Shown: positions 11,350 through 19,570, numbered from the stretch's first letter. The stretch: DNA of 32,000 nucleotides from Sedimentisphaera cyanobacteriorum (GCF_001997385.1 NZ_CP019633.1:840001-872000); one strand, 5' to 3'. Numbers and translations: made by a program. The notes: generated from the letters alone by a model not told the origin.

Positions 11350-12717
11350 TTATTGATCTTCGTTTGATTTAGTTACAACAAATGCCCCTATCGCTGAACG
11401 CATCGAGCTGATAAACATAACAAAAACCCTTCTGCCCTTCCAGTCCTGCTCAAGAGAGACAGACCGCAGGAGAAAATGCGGAATGATGCAGAGAACTGCA
11501 GAGAAAGCAAAAAGCAGGCGGTAGCTCATTGATGAGGATTCTAATCCCGGGAAGATATTTGTTAATCCACTGAGGAAGAGCCCGCCCAGTAGAGACCCGA
11601 GGGCTATCGAAAGAGAGAATATCAAATTCAGTATGGATATTTGAGCCTGATTGTGCTCCGGCGTAACGTAGAACATATGCCTTGTCTGAGCTACACCGTT
11701 GCCCGCCTGAAATATGCTCCATGTGCAGAAAAGAATAAAAAACATTATCTTGGAGATTATGCCGGAGGAAATAAAGCACCACAGCAGAAGCGTAAAAATC
11801 ATACCGATATGAGAAAATGTGAAGACAGGCCTGTTGCCGTATTTATCGCAGATTACACCCCAGAACTTCAGGCTGATAATCGCCCCCAGAGGAACCATGG
11901 CAGTAGCGGCGATAATAGAACCGCTCAGTGCGCCGGCGGTTTTCAAAAACTTAACAAAAAATGCAAACGGCATATAGGCAGCAATGTTGTATATACTAAT
12001 ATAAATGCACAAATCTCTTACCGGCTTATTTTTCAGCACAGACTTCACAGTGCTGAGAGGGCTTATATTCTTGTTTTCTTCACTGAGCGGTTTTTCTGCG
12101 AGGCCGCTCAGAGAGATTATTTTGCTCAGGAAAAACAGCTCCCCCACCGCAAATACAGCAAAAAACTTCCACCATTCAGGATCTTCGCCTAAGAAGAAAG
12201 ATATCAGCAAGGTGCTTGTCATAAGTACTATCTGCCATCGCCTGCGAAAGAGACCAAAAAATTTGCCGGCAGCACGTTTGGGAACATTGTCCTGAAGCAT
12301 TGGAAACCAAGAGGCACCGCCCAGACTCTCAAAAATTGAATGAAGCACCGCAGCTGCGAAAACTAAATACAGCATTGACGCATCAGGCATCAGTTTGTAA
12401 TGATGAATCAGGGGGGCAAACACAATAGGCAAAGCGAGAATGCTTGAAATCACTCCTGAACAGTATAAAAGTGCCCTGCGCTTGCCCAAGCGGTACATAA
12501 CATATATGCCCATAACAAAAAAAGGGCTTCCGAGCCATATAGAAGAATTGATAAGGCCGATGTAAAAGTCGGTAGCGCCTGCATCAATAACAAAAAGCTG
12601 AAGCGGCTGAGAGAGAAGGCAGTAGCTGCCTACTACCTTGCCTATAACTGATGCTGAAGCGGATCTTATCGAATGTTTTCGATAAGCAGATTGTATTCTT
12701 CCGGATTTAGTAAGCAA
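11350..12717 (-). CDS. MFS transporter of unknown substrate
   Basis: 455-aa hydrophobic ORF with multiple predicted TM helices and an MFS-like RLGKRR loop after an early helix. The start is TTG at 12717. An in-frame TGA lies just upstream and there is no in-frame ATG or GTG for many codons. Confidence 0.75.
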   Translation of the reverse strand: MLTKSGRIQSAYRKHSIRSASASVIGKVVGSYCLLSQPLQLFVIDAGATDFYIGLINSSIWLGSPFFVMGIYVMYRLGKRRALLYCSGVISSILALPIVFAPLIHHYKLMPDASMLYLVFAAAVLHSIFESLGGASWFPMLQDNVPKRAAGKFFGLFRRRWQIVLMTSTLLISFFLGEDPEWWKFFAVFAVGELFFLSKIISLSGLAEKPLSEENKNISPLSTVKSVLKNKPVRDLCIYISIYNIAAYMPFAFFVKFLKTAGALSGSIIAATAMVPLGAIISLKFWGVICDKYGNRPVFTFSHIGMIFTLLLWCFISSGIISKIMFFILFCTWSIFQAGNGVAQTRHMFYVTPEHNQAQISILNLIFSLSIALGSLLGGLFLSGLTNIFPGLESSSMSYRLLFAFSAVLCIIPHFLLRSVSLEQDWKGRRVFVMFISSMRSAIGAFVVTKSNEDQ

Positions 12718-12748
12718 CAGCCAGCCAAGTATATGAAATATTTTTCAA

Positions 12749-13399
12749 TTATCCGCCTATCCCTGCCACAGTAATCCTGCCTGTATATTCAGCAGCATTA
12801 TCCGCAGCAAAGCCCTTTTTCCTTGCAGCAAACGTTACCGTTGCCTCAGCCTTAACTGCAATATCCTCAACATCGGCAGTATTGCAGTCCATCCCGGAGG
12901 GTATGTCAACTGCAAGCACCTTTTTACCAGATTCATTTATCAAGCTTATGATGCTTCTTACCGGCTCCCGCAGTGAGCCGCTGAATCCTGTACCAAGCAG
13001 TGCATCTATGATTATATCTCTTGCGGCAATAATTGAACGCAGATTTTCAGAATCCAAGGTATGAATAATCTGCAGCCCCATTTTCTTTATTATCTTCAGA
13101 TTTTCGGCTGCATCCCCTGAGATCTTTGATTCATCTGCCGTAAGCACCACACAAACCTCAGCACCTTTAAGGTGCAAATGTCTTGCAGCAACGAACCCAT
13201 CGCCGCCGTTGTTTCCTCCCCCTGCGAAAACAGCGACTGAAAAATCAGCGTTTCCGCCGGCCAGCTCTACACATTTTTCAGCGCAGCTTCTTCCTGCATT
13301 TTCCATAAGAAGCATTCCGGGGATGCCCTTTTCCTCTATCGCCTTCCTGTCATACTCCCGCATTTGTTCTCTTGTTAGAAACTGACTGCTTATATGCAT
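12749..13399 (-). CDS. nnrE: NAD(P)H-hydrate epimerase (stand-alone YjeF N-terminal domain)
   Basis: The tracked ORF is 12749..13459. I prefer ATG 13399 (MHISSQFLTREQMREYD...), which avoids overlapping top6A. The diagnostic motif GGGNNGGDGFVAARHL is present. There is no C-terminal NnrD kinase-like domain. Confidence 0.85.
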   Translation of the reverse strand: MHISSQFLTREQMREYDRKAIEEKGIPGMLLMENAGRSCAEKCVELAGGNADFSVAVFAGGGNNGGDGFVAARHLHLKGAEVCVVLTADESKISGDAAENLKIIKKMGLQIIHTLDSENLRSIIAARDIIIDALLGTGFSGSLREPVRSIISLINESGKKVLAVDIPSGMDCNTADVEDIAVKAEATVTFAARKKGFAADNAAEYTGRITVAGIGG

Positions 13400-13409
13400 A
13401 ATCAAACCT

Positions 13410-14504
13410 TTAAGGCAAAAATTTATTCGTATTTGCAAGTTTTTCCGGCAGATATTCATTCACCACAAAATCGAGGCTGTGTTTTGCGAAGGCCTGCTGT
13501 TCCACACGAACGCCCATCTTAAGCATCTGATTTATAGCTTTCTGCCACTGCTTGTAATGCCTCACGAACGGGTCGTTTTTAAGGGCGTCTTTTGCGCGTT
13601 TTATATCAATCTCTTTGAGCTTATGGGTAGGCAGCTTGTAATCGATAATATCCTGCGGGGTAACCCCGAGGAATTTTGCCCCGGGAACGCAGAAAAATTC
13701 GCTTAAGTGCGCAGCATTTCCCGAACCAACCTTCAGCGTTCGGTATATGTTGAAGTATCCGTATGGATCTCCGTCCACAAATGCGTACACTGGTATTTCA
13801 AGCGATTCAGACAGCCTTCTGATAAAACGCCTGCATGCTCTGGTAGGAACGCCTCCCATGCTTATCAGGATACAGTTCTTTGAATCCCAGAACCCGTACT
13901 GAAGGAGCCTCTGGAATGCGCCGGCTGTTTCTATTGCGAGGATAAAGTCTGCGTTGCTCTTGAATTCCAGCTCCTCAACTGCGTTGGGGATTGAATATGC
14001 ACCCGAGCCGAATTTAGTGCAGTCTATTTCCAGACGGGAGCCTTCATGGTCTCTGTCATATACAAGCAGCCTGCCTGCAACCGACCCGCCCTTCTCTTCA
14101 GGGAAGAATTTCATCTTCTCTCTGTTGATCTTGAAGGTGGCTTCGACATCATCCATTATCGTATCAGATTCAGACTGCTCATCGAAACCGGCTTTACCCC
14201 AGTTTTTGGAGATATAGTAGGCTTCCCTCTTGGTAGCCATATCGTCGGTGTCGATAAGCTCCTTTGAAAGCGCCATCATCTTGAGAGTTTGAGCGAAGGT
14301 TTTCACTGTCCCCACAGTGAGCGTTCGTATTTTGCTCTTGCCTCTCATCTGGAAGTGTCCCTTCTTTTCGTGATAGGCAACGTTCGAGAGCGAACGCAGG
14401 GGCGTTGTCATTGTAGGCTTCTGTGATTTTACAATCTTATCGTGTATGTCCTGCGCAGAATCCTTTATCACCTGCGCAACATTCTGCTGTTTATTTTCTT
14501 CCAT
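13410..14504 (-). CDS. top6A: DNA topoisomerase VI subunit A (type IIB; Spo11 homologue)
   Basis: 364-aa ORF. The 5Y-CAP motif KREAYY supplies the catalytic Tyr. The Toprim Glu sits in ILAIETAGAF and the DxD in FVDGDPYGYFNIYRTLKVGS. The conserved C-terminus reads VEQQAF...NEYLPEKL. Length and motif order match archaeal Top6A. Confidence 0.9.
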   Translation of the reverse strand: MEENKQQNVAQVIKDSAQDIHDKIVKSQKPTMTTPLRSLSNVAYHEKKGHFQMRGKSKIRTLTVGTVKTFAQTLKMMALSKELIDTDDMATKREAYYISKNWGKAGFDEQSESDTIMDDVEATFKINREKMKFFPEEKGGSVAGRLLVYDRDHEGSRLEIDCTKFGSGAYSIPNAVEELEFKSNADFILAIETAGAFQRLLQYGFWDSKNCILISMGGVPTRACRRFIRRLSESLEIPVYAFVDGDPYGYFNIYRTLKVGSGNAAHLSEFFCVPGAKFLGVTPQDIIDYKLPTHKLKEIDIKRAKDALKNDPFVRHYKQWQKAINQMLKMGVRVEQQAFAKHSLDFVVNEYLPEKLANTNKFLP

Positions 14505-14516
14505 TTATTATTCCAG

Positions 14517-14927
14517 TTAAGATCCTTCTACAAGTGCCATAAACTTCCTTGTTCGCGGCCCGTCAAATTCGCAGAAAAATATGCTCTGCCAAGTACCAAG
14601 GGCAAGCGCTCCGTCTGATATTATGTAATTCTCGCTAACACCTACAAGCGAAGACTTTATATGCCCGTCCGAATTGCCCTCGCAATGCTTGAATCCCTTC
14701 ATATCTCTTGGAAACTGCTTCTCAAGAGCGAAAAGTATATCCCTCTGCACATCAGGGTCTGCGTTTTCATTTGTTGTTATTGCGGCTGTTGTATGCGGGC
14801 AGTAAACAGTTACCCTGCCGTTCTTAATGCCTGTCTGTCTGACAAAATCCATTACCGGCTGAGTAATATCCTTCATCTGACAATGCCTGTCTGTGGCTAC
14901 GCGAAAAACTTGATGTTCGTATCTCAT
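14517..14927 (-). CDS. yjbQ: YjbQ/UPF0047 family protein (secondary thiamine-phosphate synthase family)
   Basis: 136-aa ORF with HTTAAITTNENADPDV and GHIKSSLVG motifs. A GAGGGA Shine-Dalgarno lies 8 nt upstream of the ATG. Confidence 0.85.
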   Translation of the reverse strand: MRYEHQVFRVATDRHCQMKDITQPVMDFVRQTGIKNGRVTVYCPHTTAAITTNENADPDVQRDILFALEKQFPRDMKGFKHCEGNSDGHIKSSLVGVSENYIISDGALALGTWQSIFFCEFDGPRTRKFMALVEGS

Positions 14928-14956
14928 ATTTTATATCCCTCAATAAACAATACATA

Positions 14957-14984
14957 ATTATAATCGCTGGGGCAAAATCTTCAA
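14957..14984 (-). promoter_or_regulatory. Putative sigma70-type promoter of the yjbQ-top6A-nnrE-MFS unit
   Basis: Minus strand reads TTGAAG (14984..14979), a 16-nt spacer, then TATAAT (14962..14957). It lies about 30 nt upstream of ATG 14927. Confidence 0.45.
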
Positions 14985-15096
14985 CATTTACGATAGCATC
15001 TGCACTCAAAACAGCAAATCAGCACAACAGCAATACCGAAACATGGATTATTTTTTGCGTTTTGCAAAATAAGAACCTTGTTTGAATGGTTTTTGA

Positions 15097-15125
15097 TTGA
15101 AAAAGCGGGGAGTTCAAAATAAAAT
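15097..15125 (+). promoter_or_regulatory. Putative sigma70-type promoter of the lipoprotein-GH16 unit
   Basis: TTGAAA (15097-15102), a 17-nt spacer, then TAAAAT (15120-15125). It lies about 40 nt upstream of ATG 15167. Confidence 0.4.
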
Positions 15126-15166
15126 ATTCTCTGTTAATCAAGAATAAATTTACAGGAGTTAATACT

Positions 15167-15667
15167 ATGGCAAAAGCAGTAAAGTTTATCGTCTTAGCAT
15201 TGTTTGTTGTTCTGGCTGCCGGCTGCAGTGAGAGCCAGAAGATATCTCAGCTAAGGCTGCAAAACGCAGAGCTATCAAAGAAAATCAAATCTCAGCAAAA
15301 GCAGTACGAGTCTAAGATAGAAAAGCTGAAAGAAAAATATGAATCCGAGATTGAGAAGATGTCGCCTGAGTATAAAGAAGACCAGCTCAAGGCAAAAGAT
15401 GAGCAGATAGCCAGACTGAAAGAAACAATAAACCAAAACAAGAAAACGATAGACGGCTACGCGAAAATGCTCATTCAAACGGTGGGCAAGGTGAAAGAGC
15501 TTGAAAAGCAGCTCGCAGAGGATAATAGTGATGCCCAGCCCTCGGGCGATAATTCCGCAGCGAATAAACAAAATGCCACTGATGGTGAAAATACTCAGGA
15601 AAAACTCGAAAAAATGAAACAGCTAAGGCAGAAAGCTATCGAGCAGAAAACTGCAGAAAACGAATAA
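15167..15667 (+). CDS. Coiled-coil lipoprotein
   Basis: 166-aa ORF with an AGGAG Shine-Dalgarno. It has a lipobox signal peptide (VLAAGC). The remainder is Lys/Glu/Gln-rich with heptad-like repeats and has no enzymatic motif. Confidence 0.7.
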   Translation: MAKAVKFIVLALFVVLAAGCSESQKISQLRLQNAELSKKIKSQQKQYESKIEKLKEKYESEIEKMSPEYKEDQLKAKDEQIARLKETINQNKKTIDGYAKMLIQTVGKVKELEKQLAEDNSDAQPSGDNSAANKQNATDGENTQEKLEKMKQLRQKAIEQKTAENE

Positions 15668-17031
15668 TGTTAAATCCTTTGAAAGGCAATGGCGTGAAAA
15701 AGGGCATTTGTGCAGCTGCGGCAGCAGTTTTGCTATTGCAGGGTTATTTATCCGCATCGATAGATGATTCAACCCCTCTCTCTTCTCAGCCTGCTTCCGG
15801 CGGGACTGGATGGGATTTGGTATGGAGCGATGAATTCAACGGCAGTCAGCTGGACAGCTCGAAATGGAGCAGGCAGGTAAGCTCTAAAAGCCGAAATCCC
15901 CGATGGGATAAAGGAATACACGACTGGTGGTGGAAGGCGGGCAATGCTTTTCTTGACGGGAATGGAAAGCTTATACTTCGCGCTGAGAAACACGACTGGA
16001 ACACGCTTTACTGCGGGTCTGTTAATACCAACAATCTCTACGAGCCCAGATACGGATATTATGAAGTCCGTATGAAAAATGCTGATACATCAAAGGCCGT
16101 GCATACGGCATTCTGGTTTCAGGGCGATAATATGGGCAATGTTGACGGGTCCGGAGCAGACGGTGCTGAGATAGATGTGTTCGAGTCTGCATGGGTTGGC
16201 GATTACACCAAATCAGTTGTGCATATCGACGGCTACGGAAGCAGTAAGCAGGCAAACACAAAACGCTGGAATGCTCCAGGAATTCATTCAGGCTTCCATA
16301 CATACGGGCTCGAATGGACGGAAGACTATTTGAAGATTTATTACGACGGCCAGCTCAAAACACAGTATACAAACGCAAAATGGATCCCTCAGGTTGGCGA
16401 GTATATTTGGCTTTCAGACGGAGCAAGCTTTGGCGACGGCGACTTCCAGTCTCAGCCCAACGGTTTTCTGACTGATGCGGAGGTTGAATATGTGCGGGTA
16501 TGGCAGAAAGACACTTCCGCCCAGCAGATAACAGATGATACTGACCCGGCAGTTCAATATTCAGATGGATGGGGTTTATGGACAGGAAACCCAAGCTATC
16601 AGAATACAGAGCATTTCTGTAATACTCCTTGGAAATGGGCTGAGTTTACATTTACAGGCACAAAGGCCGTTTATTACGGCGTTAAACGCAAAGATCTCGG
16701 AATTGCACGCATTTACTTAGACTCCGTTCTGCAAACAGAAATAGACTGCTATTCCAGCCAAGCTCAGTACTTCACTCAGCTTTACGAAACCCCTTGGCTG
16801 CCTTACGGAACTCATACATTAATGGTGCGCGTAACCGATGACAAAAACCCAGCAAGCTCTGGAATAGAAGTAATAGTTGACGCTTTCGGAAGTTTTGCCG
16901 CTTACCCTGCAGACTTAAACGAAGACCAGAGAGTTGATATGCTGGATTTCAGCGAGCTGGCACTAGGCTGGGAGGAAAGCTTCAACCTCCAGAAACTCAG
17001 CGAACTTACGGCACAATGGCTCCTGCAATAG
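15667..17031 (+). CDS. Secreted GH16 beta-glucanase with beta-sandwich CBM-like domain and dockerin-like C-terminus
   Basis: 454-aa ORF. GH16 signatures are WSDEFNG and the catalytic EIDVFE. The CBM-like region spans FTFTGTKAVYYG...GTHTLMVRV. The C-terminus reads DLNEDQRVDMLDF...QWLLQ. The ATG overlaps the upstream TAA as TAATG. An alternative GTG start lies at 15694. Confidence 0.85.
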   Translation: MLNPLKGNGVKKGICAAAAAVLLLQGYLSASIDDSTPLSSQPASGGTGWDLVWSDEFNGSQLDSSKWSRQVSSKSRNPRWDKGIHDWWWKAGNAFLDGNGKLILRAEKHDWNTLYCGSVNTNNLYEPRYGYYEVRMKNADTSKAVHTAFWFQGDNMGNVDGSGADGAEIDVFESAWVGDYTKSVVHIDGYGSSKQANTKRWNAPGIHSGFHTYGLEWTEDYLKIYYDGQLKTQYTNAKWIPQVGEYIWLSDGASFGDGDFQSQPNGFLTDAEVEYVRVWQKDTSAQQITDDTDPAVQYSDGWGLWTGNPSYQNTEHFCNTPWKWAEFTFTGTKAVYYGVKRKDLGIARIYLDSVLQTEIDCYSSQAQYFTQLYETPWLPYGTHTLMVRVTDDKNPASSGIEVIVDAFGSFAAYPADLNEDQRVDMLDFSELALGWEESFNLQKLSELTAQWLLQ

Positions 17032-17041
17032 AATAAAAGAA

Positions 17042-17070
17042 AACGCCAGCAGAAATGATATGCTGGCGTT
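17042..17070 (-). terminator. Terminator hairpin after tRNA-Ser, also just downstream of the convergent GH16 gene
   Basis: AACGCCAGC (17042-17050) pairs with GCTGGCGTT (17062-17070) across an 11-nt loop. On the minus strand TTTTCTTTTATTC follows. There is no T-tract on the plus-strand side. Confidence 0.55.
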
Positions 17071-17078
17071 ATGATTAA

Positions 17079-17167
17079 CGGAGAGAGGGGGATTCGAACC
17101 CCGGTGCGGCGGTTAGCCGCACACACCCTTTCCAAGGGTGCACCATCAGCCGCTCGGACATCTCTCC
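17079..17167 (-). tRNA. tRNA-Ser (anticodon GGA), class II with long variable arm
   Basis: The reverse complement reads GGAGAGA-TG-TCCGAGCGGCTGATGG-..CACCC-TTGGAAA-GGGTG, then a long variable arm, GGTTCGAAT, and TCTCTCC-G. It closely parallels E. coli tRNA-Ser(GGA). No CCA is encoded. Confidence 0.9.
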
Positions 17168-17175
17168 ATATCTTT

Positions 17176-17691
17176 TCAGTTATTATTTTTCTGAAGCCTT
17201 TTATTTTCTGCTGTCTGCTCACGTCTTCTTTTGAAGAAATCCGAGAGCATTATAGAGCAGGGCTCTTCTAGAACCCCTCTTGCAACCTCAAGCCTGTGAT
17301 TCAGCCTTTCATCCTGCACTATATTGTACAGTGAGCGTGCTGCACCGGTTTTCGGGTCGTCGCAGGCATAAACGAGCCTGTCCATTCTCGCAAGCACCAT
17401 CGCTCCGGCACACATTGTACACGGCTCAAGCGTAACGTATATCGTGCAGCCGTGGAGCCGCCATGAGCCGATATACTCGGAGGCCTGAGTTATGGCGATC
17501 ATCTCTGCATGGGCTGTCGGGTCTTTCAGCAGTTCCCGCTGGTTGCAGGCACGGGCAATAATTTTACCCTCATATTCAATGCATGCTCCAATCGGCACAT
17601 CTCCAGCCTCCTCTGCAATCTGCGCCTGCTTTATCGCCTCAAGCATATAATGTTCGTCCGGCTTCGGAGCTGATTTAGTAATATCCTGCAT
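17176..17691 (-). CDS. tadA: tRNA adenosine(34) deaminase
   Basis: 171-aa ORF with the CDA zinc motifs HAEMIAI and PCTMCAGAM. It has a basic C-terminal tail. Confidence 0.92.
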   Translation of the reverse strand: MQDITKSAPKPDEHYMLEAIKQAQIAEEAGDVPIGACIEYEGKIIARACNQRELLKDPTAHAEMIAITQASEYIGSWRLHGCTIYVTLEPCTMCAGAMVLARMDRLVYACDDPKTGAARSLYNIVQDERLNHRLEVARGVLEEPCSIMLSDFFKRRREQTAENKRLQKNNN

Positions 17692-17752
17692 AAGCCTTTA
17701 AGCCCAAATTTAATTACAGCAGAATGATAATCTGCCTACTTGCGAGCGAGGC

Positions 17753-17780
17753 ATTTTAACGAATATAACAAATTGTGCAA
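17753..17780 (-). promoter_or_regulatory. Putative sigma70-type promoter of tadA and tRNA-Ser
   Basis: Minus strand reads TTGCAC (17780..17775), a 16-nt spacer, then TAAAAT (17758..17753). An 8-nt direct repeat GAGGCATT occurs at 17748-17755 and 17781-17788. Confidence 0.4.
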
Positions 17781-17830
17781 GAGGCATTAAGCCCCGCGGA
17801 AGGAATAAAAACAGAGAAAAACGCTGATTA

Positions 17831-17860
17831 TTGACAACAGGACAGCAGAGATAATAATAT
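17831..17860 (+). promoter_or_regulatory. Putative sigma70-type promoter of the M20 peptidase gene
   Basis: TTGACA (17831-17836), an 18-nt spacer, then TAATAT (17855-17860). The -10 element ends 5 nt before ATG 17866. Confidence 0.35.
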
Positions 17861-17865
17861 TGATT

Positions 17866-18960
17866 ATGAAAGAACTTCTTAAAAATCTGATTGAAGCAAA
17901 CTCAACCGCAGACAAAGGCGAAACAGAGTCCGCCGAGGTTCTCGCGGATTTCTTCGGCAAGCGAAATATAGACTGTGAAATAGATAAGTGGGACGGCAGC
18001 CGAACCAACATAACCGCCCGAATAAAAGGCAAAAAATCAGGAGGCGGGATTCTCATAGCCGGCCACCTGGATGTTGTCCCTGCCTTAAAAAGCTCTTGGC
18101 ACAGTCCTCCATTCACTCTGAGAGAAGAAAACGGCAAGCTCTTTGGGAGAGGCGCAGCCGACATGAAAGGCCCTCTGGCAGCTTCCGCTGCAGCAATAGC
18201 GGAAATTGCTGAGAACAAAATTGCCAAGAGAGATATCATATTCACTGCCACAGCGGGAGAGGAAACCAACAGCTGCGGAATACTGCGTTTTGCCGAAAAG
18301 GAAAAACAGCTGAAAGGCAGACTGAGGGGAATATTTGTCCCTGAACCTACTGACATGAAGCTCGTTACAGCGCACAAGGGCCTTCTATGGCTCAAAATCA
18401 CAACCTCCGGCAAAACAGCTCACGGCTCTATACCTCATGAGGGTGAGAATGCTGTTGTTAAAATGGCTGAAGCTGTAGGCAGGCTTTCAGGGATAAAATT
18501 TGCGGAACAAACCCACCCTCTGCTTGGAGGGTCCACCATCAGCATAAACAAGATAAACGGCGGGTCTGCGGCAAATGTAGTACCCGATGAATGCAGAATA
18601 TGGGCGGATATAAGGCTTTTGCCCGGGCAAAGCAGAGATTCTGCTATGGAGGAAATTAGCAGGCTGCTTGAGGGGATAAGCTTCAAAACTGAAACCGAAA
18701 GATACGTGGATGCATTCGAAACTGATTCTGATGATGATTTTGTAAAAGATCTTGAGCAGCTGGCACAATGCAAACCGCAGCCGATATTTTTCACAACCGA
18801 TGCGCCTTATCTAAAACAGCTGAGCGAATCCATTGCAGTGATTGGCCCGGGCAGACCGGATATGTGCCACAAGCCCGATGAGAGCATTACAGAAGAAGAA
18901 CTGAACAAAGGCAGGGAATTCTATAAAAAGGCCTTGGATTACTTTGCCTTTGAAGATTAA
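17866..18960 (+). CDS. M20-family metallopeptidase (ArgE/DapE-like deacylase)
   Basis: The tracked ORF starts at TTG 17860. I prefer ATG 17866 (MKELLKNL...). M20 metal-ligand motifs are GHLDVVPA, GRGAADMKG and AGEET. Confidence 0.85.
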   Translation: MKELLKNLIEANSTADKGETESAEVLADFFGKRNIDCEIDKWDGSRTNITARIKGKKSGGGILIAGHLDVVPALKSSWHSPPFTLREENGKLFGRGAADMKGPLAASAAAIAEIAENKIAKRDIIFTATAGEETNSCGILRFAEKEKQLKGRLRGIFVPEPTDMKLVTAHKGLLWLKITTSGKTAHGSIPHEGENAVVKMAEAVGRLSGIKFAEQTHPLLGGSTISINKINGGSAANVVPDECRIWADIRLLPGQSRDSAMEEISRLLEGISFKTETERYVDAFETDSDDDFVKDLEQLAQCKPQPIFFTTDAPYLKQLSESIAVIGPGRPDMCHKPDESITEEELNKGREFYKKALDYFAFED

Positions 18961-19001
18961 AATTATTAGCCGCAGATAAATTTTCTGCGTGGAGGATTAT
19001 T

Positions 19002-19556
19002 ATGCGTGAGAAGATTAAGCAAATAGCCCGAAGAGTAGGCGAGCTCAGGTGTTTGTTGGACATAAGCCCCGGAGATATGTGCTCAAGGCTTGGAATCGAT
19101 GAACAAACTTACCAAAGTTATGAGGCAGGCGAGAAAGATATGCCCGCAAGCATCCTTCTTGCAATTGCAGATGAATTAGGCGTTGACAGCTCTGTACTGC
19201 TAACAGGAAAAGAAGCAAAAATGCATCTTTTCAGCGTTACAAGAAAAGGCAAAGGGGTGCAGATAGACCGGCGCAAACAGTACGATTATGAAGCCCTCGC
19301 AACAGAATTCCTGCACAAAAAGGCCGATCCGTTTATCGTTACAGTGCGCCCGGATGCTGGAGAGGAACAAATTAATCCTGCCGCACATGCAGGACAGGAA
19401 TTCAACTATGTCCTCAAAGGCAATGTAAGGCTTATGATACACGATAATGAAATTCACCTCTCTGAAGGCGATTCAATCTATTTCGACTCAAGCTGTCCTC
19501 ACTCAATGCAGGCAATGAACGGCAGGGAAGCAGTCTTCCTGGCGATAGTAATGTAA
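19002..19556 (+). CDS. XRE-family HTH transcriptional regulator with C-terminal cupin domain
   Basis: 184-aa ORF with a GGAGG Shine-Dalgarno. The N-terminal HTH_3 reads MCSRLGIDEQTYQSYEAGEKDMP. The C-terminal cupin reads GQEFNYVLKG...GDSIYFDSSCPHS. Confidence 0.85.
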   Translation: MREKIKQIARRVGELRCLLDISPGDMCSRLGIDEQTYQSYEAGEKDMPASILLAIADELGVDSSVLLTGKEAKMHLFSVTRKGKGVQIDRRKQYDYEALATEFLHKKADPFIVTVRPDAGEEQINPAAHAGQEFNYVLKGNVRLMIHDNEIHLSEGDSIYFDSSCPHSMQAMNGREAVFLAIVM

Positions 19557-19570
19557 AAACAGGAGAACCG

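Noticed and set aside
14928-15060. Possible TPP riboswitch upstream of yjbQ (thiamine-related family)
   Set aside because: The conserved TPP-aptamer blocks (CUGAGA and ACCUGAUCUGGAUAAUGCCAGCG-like) are absent on the minus strand. The predicted promoter leaves only a ~30-nt leader.
17787-18413. 208-aa minus-strand ORF
   Set aside because: It is antisense to the M20 peptidase, which has clear metal-ligand motifs. The product is low-complexity Ser/Leu/Ala and would run through the divergent promoter region.
18971-18989. Hairpin CGCAGA-TAAATTT-TCTGCG between the M20 peptidase and the XRE regulator
   Set aside because: The stem is 6 bp with no downstream T-tract and runs straight into the GGAGG Shine-Dalgarno. 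That is not enough to call a terminator.
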